64,000 nucleotides of DNA, taken from the IMG/VR virus record IMGVR_UViG_3300031669_000002, positions 113,975 through 177,974 of that record; one strand, given 5' to 3'. Made by a program: the position numbers and the translations under genes. Below, one piece after another: positions 39,546 through 47,686 of the stretch; the first letter of the stretch is position 1, and the number at the start of each line of letters is the position of its first letter. The DNA is from a virus. The notes beneath the pieces are model-generated. The model saw only the letters and a program-made list of their open reading frames with translations, ran no database searches and was not told the origin of the DNA.

Positions 39546-40175
39546 ATGTTGAATTGTAAATTTTGTGCTAAGGACTGTAAAAATGCAAACTCATTAAGAA
39601 ATCATGAAAGGTTATGCAAAGAAAACCCAGAGCATCAAACTACATATTTCTCAACACCAGAACGTAAACTTGATATGCGGTGTAGAACAAATCAATTCAT
39701 AAAAGCAGAAAGAGAAGGATTACCAAAGCCAATTGTATCTGCTATTACAAGAAAGAAAAGTTCTGATGCAGTTTTATCTAGAACCAACGAATGGAATAAA
39801 GAAAATGGAAAACGAATTGCCAAAACTATTGCCGAGAAAGTTGCTAACGGCACATGGCATACTTCATTAGCTAAGAACATGCATTACGATTATAACGGTG
39901 TTGATTTACATGGCTCGTGGGAATTATCGTATGCAATGTATCTCGACGAAAACAAAATAAAGTGGGTGCGCAATAAAGACTCATTTGCGTATGTATTTGA
40001 AGGCAAGACCCGAAAATATACTCCGGACTTTTTCTTAGTAGATACTAAAGAGTATGTAGAAGTCAAAGGATATAACACAGAAAAAGATGATGCTAAGTGG
40101 ACACAGTTTCCGCTCGCATTAAAAGTGTTGATGAAAAAAGATTTATTGGAGCTAGGTATTAAAATAAAGTTATAA
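39546..40175 (+). mobile_element. Homing endonuclease (C2H2 finger + PD-(D/E)XK)
   Basis: CKFC...LRNHERLC, GSWEL, YTPDFFL...YVEVKG. Confidence 0.8.
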
Positions 40176-40194
40176 AGTATTTTACAAAGTTTAT

Positions 40195-40269
40195 GGGCTG
40201 ATAGTGATAGTGATAGCACATCGCGCTTGCACCGCGAGAGCCGGGGTTTGATTCCCCGTCGGTCCACCA
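40195..40269 (+). tRNA. tRNA-Ala(UGC)
   Basis: G3.U70, loop CT-TGC-AC, CCA. Confidence 0.85.
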
Positions 40270-40275
40270 AGTTAT

Positions 40276-40349
40276 AGTCCTGTCCTCTAACGGTAAGAGG
40301 GTCGCCCGATTAGCGACTAATTTCAGTTCGACTCTGAATGGGACCACCA
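40276..40349 (+). tRNA. tRNA-Ile(GAU), atypical
   Basis: Loop CC-GAT-TA, A1.C72 mismatch, CCA. Confidence 0.6.
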
Positions 40350-40474
40350 AACAAATAAAGACCTTAGTAAAAGAGTGCCGCATGTCACTGAACCATGCTA
40401 CAAGGTTTTTAGAACAACGGGGGATTAGGCTAGTTGAAATGTTAAGCTACTGCTTTCCCAACATAAATAATAGT

Positions 40475-41029
40475 ATGAAACGAATATTAATCAATGACAT
40501 GCCCTGGACAGTAATACAAGCCGAGTATGATTCGGGATTATCAATAAGAGACATAGGTAAAAAACGAAGCATGAGTGGAAAAACGTTTGCTAACGCACGG
40601 CGATTGGGACTATTTACTTCCAGAACTGCATCAGAATCATTAAAGATAAAGCATCAAATTAGTCCAAGAGATTATTCAGCGGTTCGTAGTCAGAGGTCAG
40701 CATTAACTAACTATAGAGCAGACTGTGCTTTTAAGTTTAATCTTAACAGTTATCCCGATGAGTTTGAATTTACATTAGTCGAAAGATATGGATGGTATAA
40801 AGCTAAAAATAGGGGCGACAACCAGACTGGGATCAGCAGAGACCACTCAGTAAGTGTTAGGTATGGGTTTGATAACAAGTTATCAGCAGAACATTTATCA
40901 CATCCAGCAAACTGTGCATTAATGCAACATGGAAAAAACGTATCAAAAGGTAAAAAGAATACAATGTCTTATGAAGAATTGCTTACTCGCATTGAATCAT
41001 GGGATAAGAAATATGGGCTGTTAGTATAG
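40475..41029 (+). mobile_element. HNH homing endonuclease
   Basis: HTH-like N-terminus and SRDHSVSV...HPANCALM...N..K. Start ATG 40475 after the late promoter. Confidence 0.8.
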
Positions 41030-41088
41030 CGGGATTACGTCGCCCTTGCACGGCGAATACCGGGGTTCGACTCCCCGACGGTCCACCA
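41015..41088 (+). tRNA. tRNA-Ala(UGC)
   Basis: G3.U70, loop CT-TGC-AC, CCA. Overlaps the HEG stop. Confidence 0.85.
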
Positions 41089-41094
41089 AACAAC

Positions 41095-41169
41095 ACTGCT
41101 GTCGTCTACTGGATAGGACGCTAGGCTTTCAACCTGGAGAAGACGGATCGTAACCGTTCAGCAGTACCA
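41095..41169 (+). tRNA. tRNA-Glu(UUC)
   Basis: Loop CT-TTC-AA, T loop ATCGTAA, CCA. Confidence 0.8.
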
Positions 41170-41185
41170 GATTTAAAAGAACAAT

Positions 41186-41264
41186 TGGGGAATAGCCAAG
41201 ACAGGCCTAAGGCAACGGGTTTTGAACCCGTCATTCGTTGGTTCGAATCCAACTTCCCTAGCCA
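41186..41264 (+). tRNA. tRNA-Gln(UUG)
   Basis: Loop TT-TTG-AA, G73, CCA. Confidence 0.85.
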
Positions 41265-41268
41265 AATT

Positions 41269-41325
41269 AGGATGCCTACTGCAAATTAAAAATTTCACTT
41301 TCAATGAAACCCAATGTGCATCCTG
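41269..41325 (+). ncRNA. RGGAT..TAC(A/T)GCA small RNA, copy 1 (Glu-like anticodon hairpin)
   Basis: AGGATGC/GCATCCT closing stem and TTTCA-CTTTCAA-TGAAA hairpin. Confidence 0.55.
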
Positions 41326-41351
41326 TAAAATATTTGAGTAGTACGCATTGT

Positions 41352-41425
41352 CGGAGATTGGGAAAGCTTGGTAATCCGTCTGTTTTGGGAACAGAAGACC
41401 GTTGGTTCGAATCCAACATTTCCGA
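41352..41425 (+). tRNA. tRNA-Pro(UGG), no encoded CCA
   Basis: C1-G72, A73, loop TT-TGG-GA. Confidence 0.85.
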
Positions 41426-41466
41426 CAATGCGTATTAATAGACAGATTTAGTTTTGTGTATATCGT

Positions 41467-41540
41467 CTGTGCGTGGTGACAAGTGGACGTCGACTCGGTT
41501 TGGAACCGAGAATATGCCGGTTCGAGGCCGGCCGCACCGA
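41467..41540 (+). tRNA. tRNA-Pro(UGG), no encoded CCA
   Basis: C1-G72, A73, loop TT-TGG-AA. Confidence 0.75.
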
Positions 41541-41562
41541 CAATATACATAAAAAGAACAAT

Positions 41563-41636
41563 TGCGACTTATCATGGCGATACGCTGGTCTCATAAGCCA
41601 GGTCGGAAGGTAGTTCGATTCTACCGGTCGCAACCA
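41563..41636 (+). tRNA. tRNA-Met(CAU), initiator-like
   Basis: GGT-CT-CAT-AA-GCC anticodon arm, CCA. Confidence 0.7.
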
Positions 41637-41642
41637 ATTAAT

Positions 41643-41720
41643 GGCGAGGTTGATAGGTAGAAATCATTGAGCCCTCATAAGGCCAATATAGGCCAGTGCA
41701 AGTCTGAGCCCTCGCAACCA
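41643..41720 (+). tRNA. tRNA-Met(CAU), initiator-like, degenerate
   Basis: 1.72 mismatch, loop CT-CAT-AA, T loop TGCAAGT, CCA. Confidence 0.55.
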
Positions 41721-41729
41721 ATTTTAAAT

Positions 41730-41799
41730 CCCGCGTCCAGTGGAAGGACAGGAGTCTTCGAAACTCCCAGGAACGGCTCGACTCCGTTACGTGGGTCCA
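41730..41799 (+). tRNA. tRNA-Arg(UCG), compact D arm (70 nt)
   Basis: Loop CT-TCG-AA, CCA. Confidence 0.6.
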
Positions 41800-41965
41800 A
41801 ATTTTGTTAGTCGTACAGCTGAACGCCTTTGTTGTCATAGCAATGAACAACACTGAACCGCCGTAAGCCTTCTAACAAAACTAATGCACTGCCAACGTGA
41901 TATAAGGTTCCGCTAGTATCCTTTATATACGACATTGCATTAGATAGGGACTAGCAAAGAACAAT

Positions 41966-42041
41966 CGCAGGGTAGAGGAGATAGTTCATCATTGGTCTCA
42001 TAAGCCAAACCAGGGCAGTGCAAGTCTGCCACCTGCAACCA
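41966..42041 (+). tRNA. tRNA-fMet(CAU)
   Basis: C1.A72 mismatch, loop CT-CAT-AA, CCA. Confidence 0.8.
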
Positions 42042-42049
42042 TTTTCAAA

Positions 42050-42120
42050 CGTCTGATAGTTTAATTAAAACGTTCTCCAGATAGGGGAATCATGTGGTGT
42101 AGAATCCACGAGGACGACCA
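42050..42120 (+). tRNA. Degenerate tRNA (GAU loop)
   Basis: Cloverleaf-like with loop CA-GAT-AG, weak acceptor, CCA. Confidence 0.4.
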
Positions 42121-42124
42121 GTTA

Positions 42125-42185
42125 AGGATAGGTACAGCAAATCACAACCGCTAACCTTTTATGTCTAGCGACAAAAACTATCCTG
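42125..42185 (+). ncRNA. RGGAT..TAC(A/T)GCA small RNA, copy 2 (Lys-like anticodon hairpin)
   Basis: AGGATAG/CTATCCT closing stem and CGCTAAC-CTTTTAT-GT(C)TAGCG hairpin. Confidence 0.55.
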
Positions 42186-42194
42186 TTAAATTAT

Positions 42195-42268
42195 GCCTCT
42201 ATCATTTAATGGTAGGATGCCGGCCTGTCTAGTCGGATGCAGGGGTTCGATTCCCCTTGGAGGCGCCA
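42195..42268 (+). tRNA. tRNA-Asp(GUC)
   Basis: Loop CT-GTC-TA, G73, CCA. Confidence 0.85.
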
Positions 42269-42274
42269 AACATT

Positions 42275-42349
42275 GCCCTTATCGTATAGCGGAGAATACA
42301 CGAGTCTTCTAAACTTGGAACAGAGGTTCGATTCCTCTTGAGGGCACCA
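42275..42349 (+). tRNA. tRNA-Arg(UCU)
   Basis: Loop CT-TCT-AA, CCA. Confidence 0.9.
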
Positions 42350-42362
42350 ATAGGAGTAACAA

Positions 42363-42542
42363 ATGAATGCCAGTGAAATTGCTTTATTAAAAGAAGAAAT
42401 AAAAGAAGAAATTCTTAACGAACTAAGATCAAGATTGGCCATAACCACAAGCAGTGGATATGAACGCGGAGTAAAAGAAATTGAGTTGAGATTAGATGGA
42501 GAATTAATTTCTTCAGATACAATTTATTTTTCAATAAACTAA
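42363..42542 (+). CDS. 59-aa hypothetical protein
   Basis: RBS AGGAG, MNASEIALLKEEIK... Confidence 0.6.
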   Translation: MNASEIALLKEEIKEEILNELRSRLAITTSSGYERGVKEIELRLDGELISSDTIYFSIN

Positions 42543-42632
42543 AAAGGAAAAAGAAATGAAACGAGGTAAACGATAGTGTCAGCTTAGTCCCATGTATGGT
42601 CTAAGTCTAGTGTTATCAGCATAAATAACTAT

Positions 42633-43205
42633 ATGATAACAAAACATTATCCAACTGACTATTATGTTTATGCCTATTTACGAGAAGATGGTAGTCCGTA
42701 TTATATTGGCAAAGGCAAGGGTGACAGAGCATGGCATAAACGCCAGCATGAGACAAAACCGCCAAAAGATAGAAGCAGAGTAGTTGTTGTTGAGCAAGAA
42801 TTAACTCAAGTGGGTGCGCTTGCAATAGAACGGAGATTGATTTGTTGGTATGGTCGTAAGGATTTAGGGACAGGAATTCTCAGAAATAAAACTGACGGCG
42901 GCGATGGTAATCCTGGATTAAAACACTCTGATAAATCTAAAGCATTGATGAGTAAGAAGGCCCGTGCGTCGGCTGCTAAATTGTCAGATGATGGCAAAAG
43001 TATTAAAGCAGAAAAATATAGAGCAACAATTCTTGCCAAAACAGATAAAGACCGCAAAACAAGATTAGAGAAATTGTCTGACATTTCAAGTGGCACAGTA
43101 TGGATAAATGATGGTGTTACTAGTCGAAGAGTTAAACTACTCGAATCTGTTCCGTCTGGGTGGCAACGCGGTAGAATTAAATTAAATAATGGGATGCAAG
43201 TGTAA
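42633..43205 (+). mobile_element. GIY-YIG-like homing endonuclease
   Basis: [35 protein letters not shown] module. Confidence 0.85.
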
Positions 43206-43265
43206 ATGGTGACACAGGAGACTTTTAATCTTCAGAATCGGGTTCGATTCTCTGCGGTCCCACCA
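43191..43265 (+). tRNA. tRNA-Lys(UUU)
   Basis: Loop CT-TTT-AA, weak T stem, CCA. Overlaps the HEG stop. Confidence 0.65.
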
Positions 43266-43278
43266 AACAAAATTTTAT

Positions 43279-43364
43279 GGGATCGTAGCCTAGAGGCCAG
43301 GCACCGGACTTTTAATCCGGCAATCGCAAGATAAACGTGAGTTCGATTCTCACCGGTCCTACCA
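43279..43364 (+). tRNA. tRNA-Lys(UUU) with long variable arm
   Basis: Loop CT-TTT-AA, V arm ATC-GCAA-GAT, CCA. Confidence 0.8.
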
Positions 43365-43368
43365 CTCT

Positions 43369-43443
43369 CTTCCGCAAACTTTAGTGGTGAAGTGCAAGAC
43401 TCTTAATCTTGAAAACTCAGTTCGACTCTGAGGCGGAGGACCA
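43369..43443 (+). tRNA. tRNA-Lys(CUU)
   Basis: Loop CT-CTT-AA, CCA. Confidence 0.8.
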
Positions 43444-43450
43444 AATTTTT

Positions 43451-43498
43451 GGGCTATGCAGGCGCTTGTGGCGGGTTCGATTACCGTAAGGTCCACCA
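43451..43498 (+). ncRNA. 48-nt tRNA minihelix-like RNA (acceptor + T arm + ACCA)
   Basis: G3.U70 and A73. No D or anticodon arm. Confidence 0.5.
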
Positions 43499-43564
43499 CA
43501 AAATATTTTAGATAGTGTCGACGCTATTGCTCTATGGGAAAGCCATAGTAAAATATTTTGTAAT

Positions 43565-43624
43565 GGGCCTAGCTGGGTCTTTCTCCCGGGAGAAAAAGGG
43601 GTTCGAGTCCCCTATAGTCCACCA
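43565..43624 (+). ncRNA. 60-nt D-armless tRNA-like RNA
   Basis: GGGC../..GTCC-ACCA, TTTCTC/GAGAAA hairpin, canonical T arm. Confidence 0.5.
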
Positions 43625-43630
43625 AACAAC

Positions 43631-43704
43631 GGTGATTTAGTTCAATGGCAGAACGGAGCTCTCATAAGGCTTAGACGAAGGATCGTAACCTTCACTCACC
43701 ACCA
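43631..43704 (+). tRNA. tRNA(CAU), Met or Ile2
   Basis: Loop CT-CAT-AA, T loop ATCGTAA, CCA. Confidence 0.75.
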
Positions 43705-43827
43705 AGTAGTGCAATCGTAGCCGTAAGGCGGTTAAGTCGTTGACGATTTAAAATAAAGCAACGGTGAGTGCAGCTGGTCACTTTCACTAGGACATTAGTA
43801 TTAGGTTACTAACCAGCAACAAATTAC

Positions 43828-43903
43828 GCAACTTTAGCTGATGTGGTCATAGCAGGTGCCTGAAGAGCACATGAAACAGGTCCGATTCCTGTAGGTTGCA
43901 CCA
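43828..43903 (+). tRNA. tRNA-Phe(GAA)
   Basis: Loop CT-GAA-GA, CCA. Confidence 0.85.
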
Positions 43904-43911
43904 AATAAAAC

Positions 43912-43987
43912 GCCTAGTTGAAGTGAGAGGTTAGCTACTTGCTCGACAAGCAAGGATATACTGGTTCGAGTCCAGTACTAGGCACCA
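43912..43987 (+). tRNA. tRNA-Val(GAC)
   Basis: Loop TC-GAC-AA, CCA. Confidence 0.7.
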
Positions 43988-44087
43988 ATATTTCTTGAGT
44001 TATATTCGTCTAAAGGTAAAGACACTTCCTCGCTCAGAGGTAGAAATGTTATATTCGAACTATTCCATATTTCCAAGAAACAAATAT

Positions 44088-44162
44088 GTCTCTGTAGATT
44101 ACGGCAGGCTAGATCGACACCCTTTCAAGGTGTAGAACCGGGTTCGACCCCCGGTAGGGACT
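44088..44162 (+). tRNA. tRNA-Glu(UUC), no encoded CCA
   Basis: Loop CT-TTC-AA. The HEG cassette follows position 73. Confidence 0.8.
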
Positions 44163-44204
44163 CACATAGTAGATTTTGTATAAATACAATTAAGGAGAAC
44201 AGAA

Positions 44205-44951
44205 ATGTTTTATTACTTGTATGAAATAACAAATACCATTAATGGTAAAATCTACGTAGGAGTTCATAAGACCAACAACTTAAATGATGGGTATATGGGC
44301 TCTGGAAAAGTTATTCGACGTGCTATGGAAAAGTATGGTGCCGAAAACTTTACAAAAGTCATACTTGAGCAATTCGACGATTCAGTTGCTATGTATGCAA
44401 GAGAAAAAGAAGTAGTTTCCGCCTCATTTCTTCTACGAGAAGATGTATATAACTTACGCCGAGGAGGAACTGGAGGATTTGATTATATCAATAAACATAA
44501 GTTAAATTCAACATGGAATAATGTTGGCAAACAGCCCGGAACAAAGGCGGTATATTTTACTGCCGAAGATGGGAGGCGCCAACAAATTCTTAATAAGAAA
44601 AATAAAACTGGCGCTTATTCTGCCAATTTTAAAAATGCATTCAAAGATAAATTACGCCAAGCAGATTTTCAATCACGATCACAGAGTGTAGCCGCAATGG
44701 TAAAGAGAAAGAATACTTTTGCAGAATCTAGACATCAACAAGGCGAAAAGAATTCACAGTTTGGTATGATGTGGATTACTAATGATATAAAAGATAAGAA
44801 GATTAGAAAGACAGATTCTATTCCAGATGGATTCAGGAAGGGCAAGAAATATAACCCCCAACAAGTAGAATTTTGTCCGCACTGCCATAAAGAAGGTGCA
44901 GGCTCTAACATGAAAAGATATCACTTTAATAACTGTAAACAAAACGGTTAA
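44205..44951 (+). mobile_element. GIY-YIG (Seg-like) homing endonuclease
   Basis: YLYEITN.INGKIYVGVHKT, YMGSG, C-terminal CPHC..HFNNCK. Confidence 0.85.
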
Positions 44952-44969
44952 GAAACTTACAAAAAGTTC

Positions 44970-44998
44970 TTGACTAAAGCACAGCATTATGCAATAAT
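44970..44998 (+). promoter_or_regulatory. Sigma70-like promoter
   Basis: TTGACT-N17-AATAAT upstream of the 45054 RNA. Confidence 0.55.
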
Positions 44999-45053
44999 AG
45001 ATAATAAGTTTTGCAACCAAGTTGCAGAAAACGATCTTTAAGAATTTAAGAAT

Positions 45054-45326
45054 TTGGGGAAGTATAATTTCCCGTTAGTTGGCCTCGGCCGATTAACATA
45101 AAGGATAAGTGCAGCGATGCACCCAATGCGGCGAAGATTACATAACCGCTCCGTAAGGCCATTTATACAAGCCTGCTCACCGTGGTGACACGGCGTTCAC
45201 TGATAAGACCGGTGGATGTAAAGATGAAGCATGTAGTTGTGGAAAGAACGTTTGCTCAAGCGCCTGGCGTCCTCGCAAGGGACTTAATAATGTCTGAAGG
45301 TATTCGATGTGTGATTGTATTCCCAA
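45054..45326 (+). ncRNA. About 270-nt GC-richer structured RNA (possibly GOLLD-related)
   Basis: No convincing ORF. GNRA hairpins (CC-GTAA-GG, GTCCTC-GCAA-GGGAC). 5' GGGAA-TATAA can pair with 3' TTGTATTCCC. Confidence 0.45.
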
Positions 45327-45389
45327 TCTACTACTTTAACCCAATAACATTTACAAAAGTGTTATTCAGTTAATGATAAATAAATTTAC

Positions 45390-45463
45390 GCGGGATTCGT
45401 ATATGGGTATTACCTGAGTTTTCCAAACTCATGAAGGGAGTTCGACTCTCCCATCCCGCTCCA
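45390..45463 (+). tRNA. tRNA-Gly(UCC)
   Basis: Loop TT-TCC-AA, U73, CCA. Confidence 0.9.
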
Positions 45464-45483
45464 AACACATAAAGGAGAAAATC

Positions 45484-45633
45484 ATGCATGACTTCGCAGA
45501 TAAAATAATGGTTTCCGCCCTAGTGGTAATGCTTATTCCCTTAGTTACATATCTTTGCTACATAATCATAACTGGAAAAGAAGTTATTGATGATGGCAAC
45601 GATATGGAGGGCGATAGTATATACGCAATATAA
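45484..45633 (+). CDS. 49-aa single-pass membrane protein
   Basis: RBS AAGGAG, hydrophobic IMVSALVVMLIPLVTYLCYIII. Confidence 0.6.
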   Translation: MHDFADKIMVSALVVMLIPLVTYLCYIIITGKEVIDDGNDMEGDSIYAI

Positions 45634-45680
45634 AAATTATGGAGCTTGACTTTTGATCGTCGATGTGCTAATATTTAATA

Positions 45681-46319
45681 ATGTATAAGTGTTTATATTG
45701 TCAAAAAGAATTCAGAAATGCTGGAGGATTAGGTTCTCATCATCCTTACTGTAAGCAAAATCCTGTTCGTGTGAAAAGAGTAAAGTCTCCAAATGCACAT
45801 AAGAGAAAAGGTTCAGCAGCCTGGAATAAAGGGCTAACAACTCCTCAAGAAGTCAGAGACAAAATATCCCAGTCGTTGATAGGAGTATCAACCGGCAAAG
45901 GTTCTACTCCGGAAATAGAAGCAGAACGAATTAGAAAAGTTACAGAAAAAGCAAAATTGCACAACGGCGGCCACAGACAGGGGTCTGGTCGAGGGAAGAA
46001 GGGCTGGTATAAAGGATTTTTCTGCGATAGTTCATATGAACTTGCTTATGTCATTTACTGTTTAGAGCATAATATTATGCTCCATCGTAACAACGAATTA
46101 CGCCCATATGAATGGGAAGGAAAAATTAGAAATTATATACCCGATTTCATAGTAAATGGTGTTGAAGTAGTAGAGATTAAAGGGTATAAGACAAAGCAAT
46201 GGGAAGCAAAAATGAAGGCTCACCCAGATATAAAAGTCTTATATGAAAAAGATTTACAAGAAGTATTTGCTTATGTAAAAGAAAAATACGGCAAAGACTT
46301 TATTAGATTATACGAATAA
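45681..46319 (+). mobile_element. Homing endonuclease (C2H2 finger + PD-(D/E)XK)
   Basis: CLYCQKEF...LGSHHPYC, DSSYEL, YIPDFI...VEIKG. Confidence 0.8.
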
Positions 46320-46320
46320 T

Positions 46321-46410
46321 GGAAGTGTGCCAGAGAGGCTGATCGGCACTGTCTTGAAAACAGATGGACTCGAAAGAGTCACGTGGGTTCGAATCCTACC
46401 ACTTCCGCCA
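46321..46410 (+). tRNA. tRNA-Ser(UGA)
   Basis: Loop CT-TGA-AA, V arm, G73, CCA. Confidence 0.9.
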
Positions 46411-46495
46411 GTTATGTTGTGAGATTGATGAGAGTAAAAATTCGTGTATGTGGGTTCGAATCCCTATTACATTGTTCCGGAAGGAAACGACCGCC

Positions 46496-46544
46496 GGCGG
46501 TTGGTGCCCCTTATCCGTGAGTTCGAATCTCACACTCGCCGCCA
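46496..46544 (+). ncRNA. 49-nt Ser-derived minihelix-like RNA
   Basis: GGCGGTT/ACTCGCC-G-CCA plus T arm. The 3' end is identical to tRNA-Ser(CGA). Confidence 0.45.
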
Positions 46545-46618
46545 AATTGCACGAAAACGTACCGTACCCACGCAAACAGAGGTGGTAATACCGTGTTAAA
46601 AACTTGCAAATAACTTAT

Positions 46619-46706
46619 GGAGAGGTGTCAGAGAGGCCTAATGACTCTGATTGGAAATCAGATGGACTAACAAGTCACGCAAGTTCGAATCTTGTCTTCT
46701 CCACCA
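46619..46706 (+). tRNA. tRNA-Ser(GGA)
   Basis: Loop TT-GGA-AA, V arm, CCA. Confidence 0.85.
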
Positions 46707-46728
46707 AAACAAGCAGTAAAGAATTTAT

Positions 46729-46820
46729 GGCGAGTACCTGGGTTGGCTCCCTAATCTCTTTCGAAAGGAGTGGTGACACCTAAGCAGGGTCAAGTGTTCG
46801 ATGCATCTTACTCGCCGCCA
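46729..46820 (+). tRNA. tRNA-Ser(CGA), divergent
   Basis: Loop TT-CGA-AA, V arm, G73, CCA, weak T stem. Confidence 0.6.
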
Positions 46821-46840
46821 GTTTTTAAAAAGGACACACA

Positions 46841-47197
46841 ATGTTTTTCGGATATCACTCATTATTTGATTGTAGTAAATGCAACATAGAAAAAATTAGC
46901 AGCAGAGAAAACATTTATAATTTCGTTAAGACATTGGTCGAACGAATTGATATGGTTGCAGTCGGAGAACCAATTATTGAAATGCTGTGTGAAGGAGATC
47001 CCAAAGTTGGGTATAGCCTAATGCAGTTGATATCAACAAGCAACATTACTGGCCACTTCTTAGAAGAAACCGGTGCGGTATATATTGACATTTTTAGTTG
47101 TAAGCCGTATAATATAGATGTTGCTGAAAAATGTGTTAGAGAATTTTTCATTCCTGAAAAAGTTAGAGTAAATTTTTTAACTCGCAACGCAGATTAA
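46841..47197 (+). CDS. S-adenosylmethionine decarboxylase proenzyme (SpeH/SpeD-like)
   Basis: FGYHSLFDC, LISTSNITGH (self-cleavage site), YIDIFSCK. Confidence 0.8.
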   Translation: MFFGYHSLFDCSKCNIEKISSRENIYNFVKTLVERIDMVAVGEPIIEMLCEGDPKVGYSLMQLISTSNITGHFLEETGAVYIDIFSCKPYNIDVAEKCVREFFIPEKVRVNFLTRNAD

Positions 47198-47204
47198 AGA
47201 TTAT

Positions 47205-47278
47205 GTCTCGCAAGTGTTCCGGTAGCACAAGGCACTCCAAACGCCTTGGATGGGGTTCGATTCCCTAGCGAGGCGCCA
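47205..47278 (+). tRNA. tRNA-Trp(CCA)
   Basis: Loop CT-CCA-AA, G73, CCA. Confidence 0.85.
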
Positions 47279-47292
47279 GTAAAGAGAAGAGT

Positions 47293-47553
47293 ATGAAAGT
47301 TAAGTTACCAGTTACAAGAATTGAAGACATTGATATACCTGATGAAGTAATTTTTCACTGCGTCAAAGAAAAATTTCAAAAGAAATATCCAAAGTTTCGA
47401 TTTGAAAGTTACATAAATGATAAGGGTGAACTTAGATGCCCATCATCATTTGATGGTTATAGTTATGATTACAGATCTGAAAAAGCCACTCTTGAAGATA
47501 TTACTCTTGACAATTTGTGGCAACAGATAAGTGAAATTTACAGACCTGAGTAG
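47293..47553 (+). CDS. Hypothetical protein
   Basis: 86-aa ORF between tRNAs. Confidence 0.65.
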   Translation: MKVKLPVTRIEDIDIPDEVIFHCVKEKFQKKYPKFRFESYINDKGELRCPSSFDGYSYDYRSEKATLEDITLDNLWQQISEIYRPE

Positions 47554-47565
47554 TTGAAAAGATAT

Positions 47566-47648
47566 GCCCCGTTGGCTAAGACAAATTGGCACAGTCGCTT
47601 GTTTCAAACACAAGGCTTTTAAGGGTTCGAGTCCCTTATGGGGTACCA
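47566..47648 (+). tRNA. tRNA-Leu(CAA), enlarged D loop and short V region
   Basis: Loop TT-CAA-AC, A73, CCA. Confidence 0.75.
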
Positions 47649-47686
47649 GATTAAATTAGTGAGGAGGAAGTTCGACTAAATATAGT

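Noticed and set aside
40382-40474. N-terminal extensions given by the ORF track for 40382 and 50977
   Set aside because: Better starts lie downstream (ATG 40475 after the late promoter, ATG 51145 after GAGG). The extensions run through RNA elements.
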